Part shown: one piece after another, positions 36,788 to 51,077 of the stretch
Position numbering within the stretch: the stretch's first letter is position 1
How the letters are laid out: the number at the start of each line of letters is the position of its first letter
DNA from: Camelus dromedarius
Taxonomy: Eukaryota
Reading direction: 5' to 3'
DNA: 64,000 nt
NCBI RefSeq assembly: GCF_036321535.1
Contig: NC_087437.1
Span: 37,822,001 to 37,886,000, forward strand
Program-made: the position numbers and the translations under genes
Notes under the pieces: model-generated
Seen by the model: the letters and a program-made list of their open reading frames with translations, nothing else
Told to the model about the DNA's origin: nothing
The model's database searches: none

Positions 36788-39068
36788 TTTCTTTCTGCTT
36801 TATTAAGGTGTATTAATAAATTGTCATATATTTAAAGCATACAACATGATGATTGGATATACATATACATTGTAGAAGGATTTCTACCATCAAGTTAATT
36901 AAGTTCCATCCATCACCTCACATATTTATCTTTTTTCCTTTTTGATGAGAACATTTAAGTTCTACTCTTCTAGCAAATTTAAATTATACAGTACAGTTAT
37001 TATCAACTAGAGTCATCGTGTTATCCATTAAATCTCAGACCGTATTTATCTTGTTACTGAATGCTTGCAACCTTTTATCAACCCCTTGCTATTTCCACCA
37101 CTCTCCAGCTGCTAGCAACCACCATTCTACTCTCTGTTTCTATGAGTTTGACATTTTCTCTTTTTTTGGTTTTGGTTTTGGTTTTGGTTTTGATTTTGGT
37201 TTTTTTACATTCCACATATAAGTGATACAATGCAGTGTTTTTCTGACTTACTTTACTTAGCATAATGTTCTCTAGGTTCAGCCATACTGCAGCAAATGGC
37301 AAGATTTCTTCCTTTTTAAGACTGAATAATACTACATTTACACTAAATATATATGTGAGTGTGTGTATATATATATCACATTATCTTTATTCATCAGTTG
37401 ATGGACACTTAGACTGTTTCCATCCCTAGCTATTGTGAATAATGTTGCAATGAACATAGGAATATAGATATCTCTTTAAGAGAATGGTTTTGTTTCCTTT
37501 GAATATATACCCAGAAGTGCGATTGCCAGGTCATATGTTAATTCTATTTTTAATTTCTTGAGGATCCTCCATACTGTTCCCATAGTGGCTGTACTAGTTT
37601 ACTTTTCCACCAACAGTGTACAAGGGTTCCCTTTTCTCTACATCTTTGCTAGCTTTTGTTAATTGCTTATCGATTTGATGATAGCCATTCTCACAGGGGT
37701 GAGGTGATATATTACTGTGGTTTTGAGTGGCATTTCCCTGATAATTAATAATATTGACCACCTTTTTATGTACCTGTTTGCTATTTTCATGTCTTCTTTG
37801 GAAAAATGTCTATTCAGGGTATTTGCCTATTTTCTCCCCCTTTTCAGCTTTATTATGTAGAATTATTACAGTTCGACTGCACATACACATTATATTGCAT
37901 GTAAGTACATATATACAGTATACTGCACATTGTTTTTAGTTTTCATGTATGTACTAATTATTGTCTCTAAGAACAGATTAGATCTCTAGCTTTTTAAATT
38001 TAATAGTCTTTGCCCAATTTTAATTGGATTATTTTATTTTTCTGCTGTTGAGTTGTAAGAGTTCCTTGTACATTTTGGATATTAACCCTTTATTGCAAAT
38101 TTTTTTGCAAATATTTTCTCCCATTTCATAGATTTCCTTTTCATTTTGTTGATGGTTTCTTTTGCTGTGCAGAAGCTTTTTAGTTTGATGTAACCTCATT
38201 TGTTTATTTTTCTTTTTGTTGCCTTTGGTTTTGGTGTCAAGTCCAAAAAATATCATTGCCAAGACCAATGTCAAGGAGCTTTTTCCCTATGTTTTCTTCT
38301 AGGAGATGTATGGTTTCAGGTATTACATTTGTATCTTTAACAAATTTTGAGTTGATTTTTGTGTGTGGTGTAAGATAAGGGTCTAATTCATTCTTTTGCA
38401 TGTAGATATCCAATTTTCAAAACACCTTTTCTTGAAGAGACTCTTCTTTCCCTATTGTTTATTCTTGGCTCCTTTGTCAGCCATTAATTGACCGTATATG
38501 TGTGGGTTTGTTTCTGGATTCTCTGTTCTGTTCCTTTGATCTATGTGTCTTTTTTTAATACCAATATCATACTGTTTTGATGACTGTAGCTTTATAATAT
38601 TGTTTGAAATCAGGAAATTTTATACCTCCAGTTTTATTCTTCTTTTCAAGGATGATTTGACTATTCAGGGTCTTTTGAGTTTCAATATGAATCCACAAGG
38701 AAAATTTTAGGGTTTTTTTCCTTGTGAAAAATGCCATTGGAATTTTGATAGGAATTGCATTGCATCTGTAGATCACTTTGGGTAGTATGGACATTTTAAC
38801 ATTATTAAGTCTTCCAATCCATAATTATAAAATAGCTTTCTGTTTATTTGTGTCTTCAATTTATTTAATCATTTTGGGTAGCTTTCAATGTACAGCTCTT
38901 TCACTTCCTTGGTTGAATTTGTTCCTAAGTATTTTATTCTTTTTGATGCTATAGCAAATTGATAAATTCCTAGAATTATACAACCAACCAAGACTGAATC
39001 ATGAATAGAAAATCTGACTAGACCTATAACTAGTAAGGAGGTTGAATCAAATATCTCCCAACAAAATA
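36788..39068 (-). mobile_element. L1MA-type element (ORF2 3' half plus 3' UTR) with inverted 5' piece 38961-39068
   Basis: ORF 38567..38794 ([19 protein letters not shown]) and ORF 37078..37302 are L1-derived. Confidence 0.92.
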
Positions 39069-39434
39069 ATCTTTTATATACTGAGGTAATCTAGCCCCTA
39101 CAACTTCAAACTTTGGGCATTTAATTTGGAATTTTGGTGAAACATAATTAGCAACTCAAACTAGTATATACAAGCAAACAAAACAGTGTTTATTATAGGA
39201 ATCGACCTTAAGTCACTAAAATTCACTAAGAATTTTACAAAATCAAGGGAAGTAGAGTGATGGACCTCAGAATCTGAAGCATGTGTCTCTCTGGAGATGA
39301 CTGGAAACTCTGGGAGTACTCTCTTCATCTCTCTACTTCATATCTCTTTTGATTTTGCTTTCTCCAGACAAGCTTCCTTTGCATATGTCATCCTGCAAGA
39401 AGGAGTGCAAGTAGCTCCATTAGAGAAATTTAAT

Positions 39435-40375
39435 TAAAAGGTCAATGAGGTGCAGCCACATACCTACTGGAATGGCAAACAAACAAACAAATGACAGGAA
39501 AAGTTCTCTGAGAATTTGAATTGCTGAGCAAGTGGAATGCTCATAGATTGCTGAGGAGACTGGAAAATGGCCAGTATGGGAAACAATATGGTTCCTGCAC
39601 ACAAAATGACACATATACTTACTTGCAACCCAGGAACCTCGCTCTTAAGTACTTATCCAAGATTAATGAAAACAGTATGTCCACACAATGACTTATGCAC
39701 TAGTGTTTACAATAGCTTTTTCACAATAACCAAAAAATTGGGACAGATATAAATATCCATCCACAGGTGAATGGATGAACAAATTGAGATAAATTCATAT
39801 AATGAAAAACTTCTCAACAATAAACCACAACAAACCACTGGCAAGTGCAGTGTGGTAGACTGAATAATGCCCTCCCTCTTTCCCAAAGATGGCCAAGTTC
39901 TAATTGTCAATACCTCTGAATGCTTTCTTATCTGGCAAAGGAGATTCTGAAGATGTAATTAAATGAAGAATCTTGAATGGAGAGATTACCCTAGATTATC
40001 TGGATGTAGTTACAGAGGTCCTTACAAGAGAGAGGCAAAAGATCAGAGAGAGAAAGAAATAAAGGAAGATATGATCCCAAAAGCAGAGATTGGAGTGATG
40101 TAACCGGGAGACAGGGAATGCTGGTAGCCTGTGCATACTGGAAGCAAGAAGGAATGGATACTCCTCTGGAAATTCTAGAAGGAACTACCTGTGCTGATAC
40201 CTTGATTTTAGCCCTTTCAGACTGTTTTGGGCAAAGGACTCTTAGAACTGTAAAGGAATACATTTATGTTGTTTTAATCTGGTGAATTTGTGCTAATTTG
40301 TTACAACAGCAGTAGGACTCTAATACAAAAATATGGATGAATCTCAAAAGCATCATGTTACGTGAAAGAGAACTC
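39435..40375 (+). mobile_element. Old L1 3' region interrupted by an MLT1 LTR
   Basis: aatatccatccacaggtgaatggatgaacaaatt; resumes atatggatgaatctcaaaagcatcatgtt after the LTR. Confidence 0.7.
39851..40327 (+). mobile_element. MLT1C/D-like MaLR solo LTR
   Basis: tgtggtagactgaataatg...tttgttacaacagcagtaggactctaataca. Confidence 0.85.
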
Positions 40376-43300
40376 ATACCTGGATATAATTAAATTGAAT
40401 GCTGGATTTTGCATATGCATATATCCAACCTTAGAAAATCTAATCAGAGTGATAGAGTAAGAGACATACCAAGTTTCCTTTTTTTTTTCTTTTTTTTTTC
40501 AATTGTGATTATCTCTGCCTTCTTTGAGTATAAACCTGATTTCCAATATTTATACATCAAGTTTTCATTCTAGAGTTGAATGTTGTGTTGAGCCTGGTAC
40601 TGAGAGAATGCCACTAATATTCAGGATTTCTTTTTCCTTACTCTCTTTTCTGCTCAGTCCTTATTACTTCTTTAATTATCTTTCATCTTTCTTCTCTAGT
40701 ATCTCTTTTTTCCATTAGCCCAGAACTTTGTTTTTCTGCTTTAATGGTCTCCAAGTAAGAAAATCCATTGAGTTAAAAAATAATATCTTAGTATTTCTAT
40801 TTATCTTCTCTAAAGTTAAGGAACACATTTATACTTACTAATATTTAATACTACCAGGCTATTAACACTGGTGCTTTTTCTTGTGCCAGTTATCAGATGA
40901 TCAAGCATGATAGCCTTAGGTAGTAAACAAGGTAGCCTGAGAGAAGGTGAGCTTTCCACAATAAAAAAGGGTTGATTTACTTTCAGTAAATTTTGTCCAC
41001 TAAATAGATTTATAGATTTTATAATCTTAAATAGTAAAAAAAAAAAATTCCGATTCTTAGTAATGAGATAGTTAACACCATAAAAATAATCTGAACACAT
41101 AGATGACATAGATGTTTGCTGGTAATTTAGATGTTTAGATGTGCACTGGGAAAAAGTATCAAATAATTTGTTGAGTTTAAAGGTGAGCTACTAATTTACA
41201 TATGAAATTGTTTAAAACCTGATCTATCATGAAAAGTGGGTTTTGTTGTATAATAACTAGAAAATATTTTCAAAAACATAAACACAACCTGTCCCTTCAA
41301 TGTAAAAGTGAAGTTTTAACAACAGCAAAAGTAAGTGCTTTTGGAAAAAAGTCATGTTATACAGTTTTGGAGAATTTTCTGTCACCATGAAATTTATTGG
41401 AAAAAATGTTAAGTTTGTTATCTTTAAAGAATATGTTTAAATTTAAAACAATCAAACCTTGGCATTCAGGATTTTCTAATTTGTTCAAAACTCAAACAGA
41501 AGAAAACTATAAGTAGATTTTAAGAAAATATTTCTTAAAAAGTATTAAACAAAGCCTGTTAGTGTATAAGAACAACTAATTGAAATCATCAAAGATGATA
41601 AGTTTCCAGCTAAATTTCCACAGATACTTGCATAGTTGTTGGTTGAGGTTTAAAAAACGGTTGCACAATTTTTAAAAGTTTTCCTTTATAAGAAGCTCTA
41701 AAACAGATTTTGTACAATTTCTCAGTAAGAAAAATAATCACTCAGCAATTCCTAGATGAAAGTCAGGGAAAAATTGAGAAGAATTTAATACCTCAATATA
41801 TGCTTAGTTTCTAATTCATCAAAATCATAACATATACAAAAAGGATCTTTTTAAATTTTTGTTTTGCTTGAAATATATGTAAGTTGAACATTACTTTGAC
41901 GCTATTAGGCTCATCATTTATTACTATGTCACTTATTGCTCTATAAGCATCATTATAACATATTGATAAATACATTCCTTTTGTATTTATAAGCCTCATG
42001 ATTGTAAAATTATATATTATTTTACAAATTTTCCAGTATGCATTGCACTAGGCTAATACGTGGAATAAATTAACATTAAATTTTCTAGCTTTTGGCTGAG
42101 ATCTATGTGCAAGGTAATTAATAGAACTTCATTTCTTTTCCCTCTTCAACAGTTCCTGGATGTAAGCGTGAATTAGAAAAATACAAGATATTGAAAAAAA
42201 TATTAAAATACAAACAAGAATTGTTTATATTTCTCTGATGTTTCTCTCACATTTTGAGATTTTTTTTTTAACTTGTAAACAATTCTGGGAATCTCTATAC
42301 TACTGAATTAAGCTATAGTTATGTTTGTTTGTAAGGATAAAAAAAAAGAAAATGGGAGTTCAGATAGGGTTGTATCACTGTATTTCATAAAATATCTAGT
42401 GTCTTAAACACTAGGAAGATTTTAGCCAAGGTCGTTTTTCTAGAATTGGTCAGATACTGGTCTCATTCATAGGGGATGCCCTATTAGTCTTTTATCTCCC
42501 TGTTCTAAAACACTGACACTTTTTTTGGCTTAGCAACTCTCTCCTCTTTCTATTTGTGTTTAGTTTCAGTAATTGTGCTGGTATCTACTTGTAAAACAAA
42601 TCTCATTTGCTTACTAGACCAAATCAGCCTATTTGTGTACAGAACCTCAAGAGACTAGAATTTAATCCCTTGAGTACTTAACATTCTTGTGAGTCAGGAG
42701 CAAAGCTAAAGTAAATTGATGATCAGAGGCACCAATGCCTAAAATCATGGGTAGAACTGACAGATACACTCTTTGTTCTCTTAAAAGCTTGCAGACACAT
42801 TGTTTCTCTTCAATAACCTCTAAGAGAGACTGAGAATGAACACAACTCAAAACGCCAATAGAGGCATTTTAGCCATTAAGAAGAGTTCATTGACGGTCTT
42901 TTATTAATTCTTAAAAATCTTAAATTTAAGTGAACAATTCTCAGCTGGAATTTATTTTGCTTATTTTGAAATAAAAAAAAAACAACATTAATTGTCTTCA
43001 CTGCATAGTTTCATTTGTGTGCTTTTGATTTTTCTTTCTCGGATTTCCTAGCTGTATCTGAAAGAGGAAAAATTGTCTTATTTGCTAATTTTTAGGTCCA
43101 GTTTCATTTTTTTTTGTATTGTTCTTAGTTGTTGTTGTTGTTGTTTTGTAAATCTATATTCATATTTACTCAATCTTCTTCCCTCCTTAATAGATAAGGA
43201 AACAGGACTGATGACCCAATCGAAAGAGCATGGTAGGGAGTTGACATTTACTACACGTACGAAAGGTAACTAAAGTAAACACTGACCACAAAACCCAATA

Positions 43301-44129
43301 GAATCAAAGCAAGAAAAGATGGTTAAGAGTCAAAATCAGACTTTTAGGAGACCTATGTGTGGCGAGGGTTAAAATAGATGGAAAAAAGGTTAAGTTTTGG
43401 AAACACACCACCAGCTTGGAGGCAAGTGGCAGGGATCCTTTTATGCCATATCACTGAGTTTGCCATAATGAGACCAGTTTAGGGGGATTTGATGTTTATT
43501 TTCAACTGCCTTCCATAATACTTCTGAGAATTTTTTTTTTTTAAATCAAGCTGGAGGTCAAAGATGTTACTTTTGTTTTTATTTTTTAAATGATATGCAG
43601 TCATTAGTATATGTTAGTATATAACAGGCTGTTACCCTTTTCCAGCTATTCTGCAGAAGTGTGTATAGCTGTTTACTGGCAGTTACTTCATAAATAAATG
43701 AATGATAGTAGCTTAGTACAACGCCAGATATTCTCATGTTATCTGAAGGTGGATTTGCTGTGGTGTTGCTAGGTGGATATGAAAGCAGCCTATCACTCTG
43801 ATTTTTAAAATTTGTGGGCTCTTCTTTTTAGCTCTTGGTAACTAATGTCTTAGGGAAGTGCTAACTGTGATCTCAAGACACAAGCTAGTATTGGTTAATA
43901 TCATGGGGGCTGTATCCTCCTCTAGCCATTGTGCCCAGAGTTCAGGGTTGATGTCCCTACTTTGAATTCCTGGATCTGGGCCCTAGTCATGAATCTTCTG
44001 AACTAGATCTTTCTAGGTCTTTGTATTTGACTGGTAATTACATTTTTTAGCTTTATACAAGTTTAACTTTAGGACTGTCAGCTGCTTTCCCAAGAGTCTC
44101 AGCTTGTCTGATTTCCTCCTTTATTAATC

Positions 44130-44560
44130 AGGACTATGGCAATGACAAATGGCCGAATTCCAAAGTAAAATAGCTTAAGCAAAATTACAGGGGAAATGGT
44201 GGTTTCCATGGCTTCCCCCTACCCCTCACCTTCCTGGTCTTTACTTTTCTCTATAGTTCTGTGGTTACATCCTGCAGATAGATCTTTCCCTACTTTGAGA
44301 AAAAGTGACCACTACCAGCAGCAAATTCAGGTTTGCCTATTTAGCATCCTAGGAAGAAGCAGAAGGAAAACTGTTCTTCACCAGCACCTAGAAATCAATG
44401 CCAGTAAAGAACTGTAGCTCCTGGGTTAGATGCTTGTATATGGGCCATTAACTGGGTCTAAAAAAAGCCTGAGTCATGTATGCATCTTTGTGGTCAAAAA
44501 GATAAGGTGGGACTGATATCAGAAATGGGAGATTCTTTCTAGACAAATAAAATACAGTGT
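44130..44560 (-). mobile_element. Old MLT1 (I/J/K-like) LTR
   Basis: ggcaatgacaaa...tagcttaagcaaaa start, gagtcatgtatgcatc. Confidence 0.45.
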
Positions 44561-45119
44561 ACTTGCCTTTTCCTGGGACTTTTAAAAATTGCATTATTGA
44601 ATAACCCATCTCCTAGATTTAGTCATCTTCCGACCTCAGCTTACATGGCTGGACATAATGTATCAGTTCTCTGCTGAGGGCTAAATCAGTGAGGAAAGGA
44701 CTACATCTAAGATGTCAATGACAATCTGACAGTCTGAGAATTATAATACCTATCTCCAGCACCAAACCCAATGTGAGACCATGGACAAGTCTCTTAAGCT
44801 ATTTGTGACTCAGTTTCCTTAACTTGAAAGTGGGAATAATAAAGATAACTACCCTATAGGGTTAATTTGAGGACTAAATTTGGAAATAGATATTGATATC
44901 TTAGAATAGTGCCTGATATAGAGTAAAAGTGATATTAAGTATTAGTAATAATAATAATATCTCTAGGACTCAATTTCTAATCTGTAAAATCTGAGAGATG
45001 TTCTACTTGAAGGTCTCATACTCAAGTGCTTACTGGCCTAGATATGTAACATAAATTAATGAACTGGAATATGAGGAAATGGGAGTGCTTGAGGCAGGTA
45101 GAGACAAAGGAATGCTGTT

Positions 45120-45335
45120 CATTTGCAGGTGGAAGTCACTACCCACCTCAGTTGTTTTCTGGCCTGAATATAGTTGCCATTCCAATCAGATCTTCCTGTC
45201 TTTCAAGGGAGCCAGATCAGGGTGTTTATGTTAAATATCCAAATTTTTTAATTTGGAATTTTTAAAAATGTTAAACACTATGCAAGTCAAACACAGCATG
45301 TCTGTATTCAATCAGTCACAAAGTCCTTCCTAACT
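45120..45335 (+). mobile_element. MER102-like hAT MITE
   Basis: cagatcttcctgtctttcaagggagccag...aaacactatgcaagtcaaacacagcatgtctg. Confidence 0.6.
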
Positions 45336-46014
45336 TTATAGGACCACAGGTAAGAATGCTGTCATTCAATTGATTTTAAACTAGATAAGTAAAAACTGAC
45401 TTGTTCGATTCTGATCTGCATACATTTTTTTATGTAAACACTAGCTAACACTTGAGAAGCTAAAATTTAATCTAAAGATCATATAAAGCCCTATGTAATT
45501 CTCCTACTCCTGTCTGACAAAATTCAGACTAATCTGTCATCCTTGTTCATAAATTATTTCAGTTTTTTGTTTTTTTGTGTTTTAATTAGAAAATACCTTC
45601 AACAAAAAGTCATCTGTGATTTTATTTGTCAGAAAATATGTACCAATTAAACATTAAGCAAAATACTGCAGTAGTATTTGCTTTCAATTAATAAGTACAA
45701 CCAAATTCAAAAACTTTATTTTCATAATCATAAAGATCAGCAAAAAATGAGATTTATGGCAAACTCTATAAAAAAGAAAGAAAAAGGAAAAAAAGTTAGT
45801 GCTTATTTTGAAGGCCTCAGATATGTAGTCTAAGTTATCAGTGAATTTATCACTAGTTTTAAATTTGCAGTTTTAATAGTCAAGATCTATATTCTTCACT
45901 CAAAAGACTAACATTTATAATTAGGGAATTTGCCACTAGGTATTGCAAGTTCTGTTTTTTGACACTTAATGTGTCAGCACATTTATTTGATTTATTGAGA
46001 AAATTTTTGTGTAA

Positions 46015-46765
46015 CCACAATGAGATTCTATTTCACACCTAGTAGAATGACTAATATTAGAAATACTGACAGCATCAAAATTTGGTAAGGATGTGTAATA
46101 GTGCTCATATTTTGCTAGTGGATGTTTAAAACGGTAACAACTTTACTGTTTTGTATTTCCTTTTAAAGTATTTTATATATATATATATTATATATATATA
46201 TGTCAATTATACATATCTAGCTTATGAACTAGCAATTCTAGTATTTACCCAAGATATATATAAACATATATCTGCAAGGAGCCTTGTATAAAAAGGTTCA
46301 AAGAAGCAGCTTTTGCATTAATGACCCCAAACTGACAACAACCCAAATGTCCATCCACTAGTAAATGTATAAGTAAAACGTCTCATATGCTTACAGTGGA
46401 AAACCATTTCGTATTTAAAAACAAAATGAACTACTAATATATACAACAACTTGCATGAATCACAAGAACATTATGTTAAATAAAAGAAGCCATTCACAAA
46501 AAAAGTACATATTGTATATTTCCATTACATGAATTTCAACAAGTGGCAAAGGACATCTGTAAGGATAGAAATTAGAAAAGTTATTACCCAGCAGTGGAGA
46601 GATTGGTTGGAAGAGGTCCAAGTGAACTTTTTGGAATGATAGAAATCTTCTTCTTTGTTGGGGTGATGATTTCACAGGTGTACATTTATAAAAGCTCATT
46701 GAATTGTACACTTCAAATCTATGCATTTAAGTGTATGTAAAATTTACCTCAAGAAATTAGTAAAT
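46015..46765 (+). mobile_element. L1MC/MD-type 3' end
   Basis: acaacccaaatgtccatcc...aaagctcattgaattgtacact...tgtatgtaaaatttacctcaa. Confidence 0.85.
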
Positions 46766-46844
46766 ACATACATCTTTGTCTTATATTTATAGTACAGTTG
46801 GTGAAAATACTTGTCCGTAATTTTAAATAAAGTCTTATGTTATT

Positions 46845-47300
46845 CAGCCCAGATATTTGGGTAAAATTATTCTGGGTTTGTCATGAGGGTGCTTCTGGAT
46901 GAGATTAACATTTGAATCAGTAGACTGAATAGGACAGATTGCCCTCCCTAATGTTGGTGGGCCTTTTCCAATCAGTTGAAAACCTGCATAGAACCAAAAG
47001 GCTGAGAAAGGGAGGAAACACCTCCTGCCTGACTGTTTGAGCTGGACATTGTTCCTTTCTAGCCTTTGGATTCAGATTGAATCATTGGCTCTTCTTGGAT
47101 CTTAAGACTGCCAGTTTTTGAACTGAAACATTTACCCTCAGCAATACTGGTTCTCAGGCCTTTGGACTCAGCCTGGTCTACACCTCAGCTCTTCTAGGTC
47201 TGTAACTTGCTGACTGCAGATCTTGAGACCTCTCAGCTTCCATAATTGCATAAGCCGATTTTTAAAATAAATCTCTTTACACAAATTTATGTTCTGTTCT
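46845..47300 (+). mobile_element. MLT2B-like ERVL LTR
   Basis: ggatgagattaacatttgaatcagtagactgaat...cagattgccctccctaatgt. Confidence 0.88.
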
Positions 47301-49225
47301 AATATTTTTGTATTAGACAGTATATTATTATGCAGTTAAATTTTTGATTTACTATTCAACTTAACTTTGGGTCTTCCTATAAATAATGATTAAATTATTT
47401 TTTTCTTAATGGATCCATAGTCAAAGAGGTCAATTTAATTTAATGATCAAATTTTGATGGGTCATAACACCATTAATAGCATAAAAAGGATTTTTACACG
47501 TCACACCTTCATTTCAGACAACTGGTTACCTAGTCTTGTTCCCTGCCACTCTCTCTCTGTGTTCTAGAGATACTAGTCCAATGTAAGCTAATTTCCTATG
47601 CATAACTCTCTTTCACCTTGCTTTAAGCATTTCAATCTTAGAATTAAACCTCACTTATTTAATTAACTCTCAGCTACACAATTCTCAGCATCATTTTCTT
47701 GACCATCATCATCATTAACTTCACCATCATCAGAGGAGAGGCAGTTTAGATTACTGGTCAAGATTATGGACTTGGCATTTAGAATTACTAGCACTTTGAC
47801 CTTCGTTAACCTTTCTGTACTTAATTTTAATTGCTGCAGAAATAGTACCTATCTTATATTATTGTTAGCATGAAATGACCTATTTTAAATACTTACAAGA
47901 ATACTGGACATAAACAAAGTGACATCATTATCAAAAATAATGACACATTGCCTTTATTATCATTACTAACCCTACAATATGTGTCTGCTGTGGACTTTCA
48001 GGACTTTAAAGAGAAGAAGGAAAAAAGAGAGAGAAAAGGCAAATTTTTATGGTTTTATGAGACAACCTAATGGTGAAAGTTAAACATTTACACATTCACA
48101 CATAAACCACAAGATTATTACAAAGTCATATTGTAAAAAATATACTGCATATGATGTTAAAATAGTATTGAGAACTATAAATTTAGTTTTATCTTAGATT
48201 TCTACTTTATCTTAGAGCATAATAATTTAGAGCAAAAAGAGCTGTATCCAAAAATATTAAAATTTTCCATTGATATATAAATCCAAGATATTATCTTTAC
48301 CACCATTATCATGTGGTCTAAAAATTGCATTCCAAATGAAGAAGAAATTGAAGGCCAACAAAATTGAGTTGTCAATACTAACTAAATCAGTAGTAGACTA
48401 AGGACTAAGATCTAATTTGGCTGACTCCCAATTAGTATTCTTTCAGCTAAAATTTGGAGAAATGCAGGAACTAAAGAGTTAGTAGAGTGAAGATGAGTTA
48501 AATTGGAGAAGAGTGGAGTCTTGTTTCAGATCATCAGAGGGAGAGACATGATTAAAATGAGGGAATAATTGTATGAGCTTGCCTACAGTGGCTGTTACCT
48601 TAATTTTAAACTTAAAAATACATGAATCAAAAATGACTTGGCTAATTTCTTTGGCTGGGTTTTCTCCTAGTATATTCACAAAACCATAATTTGTTTTTAC
48701 TGAACTAGTAAATAGTCATCTTTACTTATACCCTCTAACCTCCCTATGGCTATGAGTAGAGTTCACTCTCCCATAAAAGTCCAACCCCTTCCACTGTATT
48801 CTGAACCCCTGGTACTCTTTCCATCTCAAAGACTTTGTGTCCACCTCCCTCCCCTTTTTATTTTTGTTTGCATCATCAATATCTTTCTCTTTCTCCTAAA
48901 CCACTTCCATAAGCATACTAATATGTCCTGTCTTTTGAAAAGACTTCCCTTGAACATACATACCTCTCCAGCCTCTACTGTATTTTGTATCTCCCTTCAA
49001 CAGCAGACTTTCTCAAGGTCATCCATAGTCATTATTCTCATTCTCTATATCTATTCTTTTTCCCCCTCCCCAATGTGATTTTCATCTTCTTATCTCCTCA
49101 GTAATTGCTCATGCCAAGGTTATCAGTGGCATCTAACAGTTACCACATCCAGTGTTCACTCTCGATTTACTAGCTATCTTAAAGGAATCCAATGCTGCTG
49201 ACCTCACTTGATATCCTTTACTTAT

Positions 49226-49758
49226 TGTGGCAGATTATATTTTCCAAAGGTGGTTGCACTAACACTTCTCACATTTTCTCCCAAGAAAATGTCACTGAGA
49301 AATGGAGTCTGTTTCCTTCCTTGCATTGAGAAATAGAGTATTTGTTTTCTCCCCTTGAACTTTAGTAGATCTTCAAAAGGGTGTTGACCAATAAAATGTG
49401 GTGGATTTATTGTTGTGTAGCTTGTGAGTGTAGGTAATAAAAAGTGATGTGGTTTCTATTTGGCTCTCTCTATCTTGTGACACACACCTTGGGAGCCCTG
49501 GGTAGATATCTAAGAAGTCCAGCTACCCCAAAGCTAACATTCTGGAGCAGTTACATGGAGGCACTACATAATGACAGTAAGATGCTGTAGGAACTCCAGC
49601 TGTTCCAGCTCCCAGCTATAAGTCTTTACAGTACAGGGGCCAGATATATAAGGAAGCAAGATTTCCCATGATTTTAGCTTGTTGCCCCAAACTGCCCTAG
49701 CTGGTATTTTGTAAAATGGAGTAGAGTAGAGCTCTGCTCAAATTACTGATTTATAGCA

Positions 49759-49792
<34 letters not shown>

Positions 49793-49864
49793 AGAAGCAG
49801 AAGAAACACTTAAGTGGCTTCAGCTTTGGAGTATTTTTATTACATAGCTATAGTAAGAGAAACA
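49226..49864 (+). mobile_element. MLT1G/H-like solo LTR with an internal A29 run
   Basis: TG...CA ends, TSD cttat/cttgt. Confidence 0.8.
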
Positions 49865-50571
49865 CTTGTTTGGGCTTCTATAATAACGGACATTCTGGTT
49901 TTCCCCTTTTTCACTAGTTGCTCTTTCTAATTCTCTTTCATTGGCCTCTATTTCTGTGCCCAGCATCCTAATATTTGTGTTCCAGGATCCTGAGGTGCTC
50001 CTTCTTTTCTCTATACACTATCTGAATTGCTTTATTTCATCATAGCCTATGGCATTTATATGTAGATGACTCTCTCTCCTCTGTCACATTGCATTTCTAT
50101 CTCTGTTGTCTCCTCTGGCATATAAATGAAATGGCCTGCTTAACATGGCCACTTAGATATTTAATAAGAACTCAAGCTTAACACATACAAAGCTGAGCTC
50201 TTTCTCCCTGTGAAACAGAACATAAAACTTTTTCCTTAGTTTTTCTCATCTCAGTAAATAGAATTATAATTCACACAATATCTCAAGCACAAAATTTAGA
50301 TCTTGTTCTCTCAATGACTGCATCTAATCTATTTCTAATGATTACACCTCTACAACATTTCTCCAAACTTTTCATCATCTCTTCTTCTTCTCCTGAGTTC
50401 AAGATACCATTGTATCTTTCCTAAACTATGGAAATAACCTCTTTAACAGTCTTCCTCTTTCCAGTCTTACCACACATTACTCTATCTTCCACATGCTAGC
50501 CAGAGTGATCTTTTTCAACAAAAACTAGATCACATTACCAATCTGTTTCAAAACCATTCAGTGTCTTCTCA

Positions 50572-51017
50572 TGTGAGCAAATTTTGTTTTCCAAAGATGG
50601 CTCCCACATTCTGTTCTTCTAATGTGACTTGATACTTCTATCACTTAAATGTAGGAGTTTACATACCCTCCCTTTGAACCTATGATTCCAGTGGAAGTGA
50701 TGCTATGGGTGTAAGATTGGATAAAACCATGCCTGATTCTCCTGGGGCACTTGCTTTTGAACCTGGTTCTCATGCCTGAATAACCCCATTCAGCCTATGG
50801 AGAGGCCCATATGAAAAGCAATTGAAACCCTCTGGTCCCAGCTAAGTTCACAGCCAATCACCAGTATTAATTTGCCAGCCGTGTGAATGAGCCATCTTGA
50901 CATTTGGAATAAAGATGGGCTAAACACAGAATGCTCTACTGAGATTGCAAAATTATGAGACAAGGAAATTTTTGTTGCTATTTTAAGTCACAGTTTGGGG
51001 ATAGTATTTTTTATACA

Positions 51018-51077
<60 letters not shown>

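Noticed and set aside
38567..38794. L1 ORF2-like ORFs (also 2886..3080, 37078..37302, 38029..38274) as functional CDS
   Set aside because: Fragments of truncated, frameshifted L1 copies
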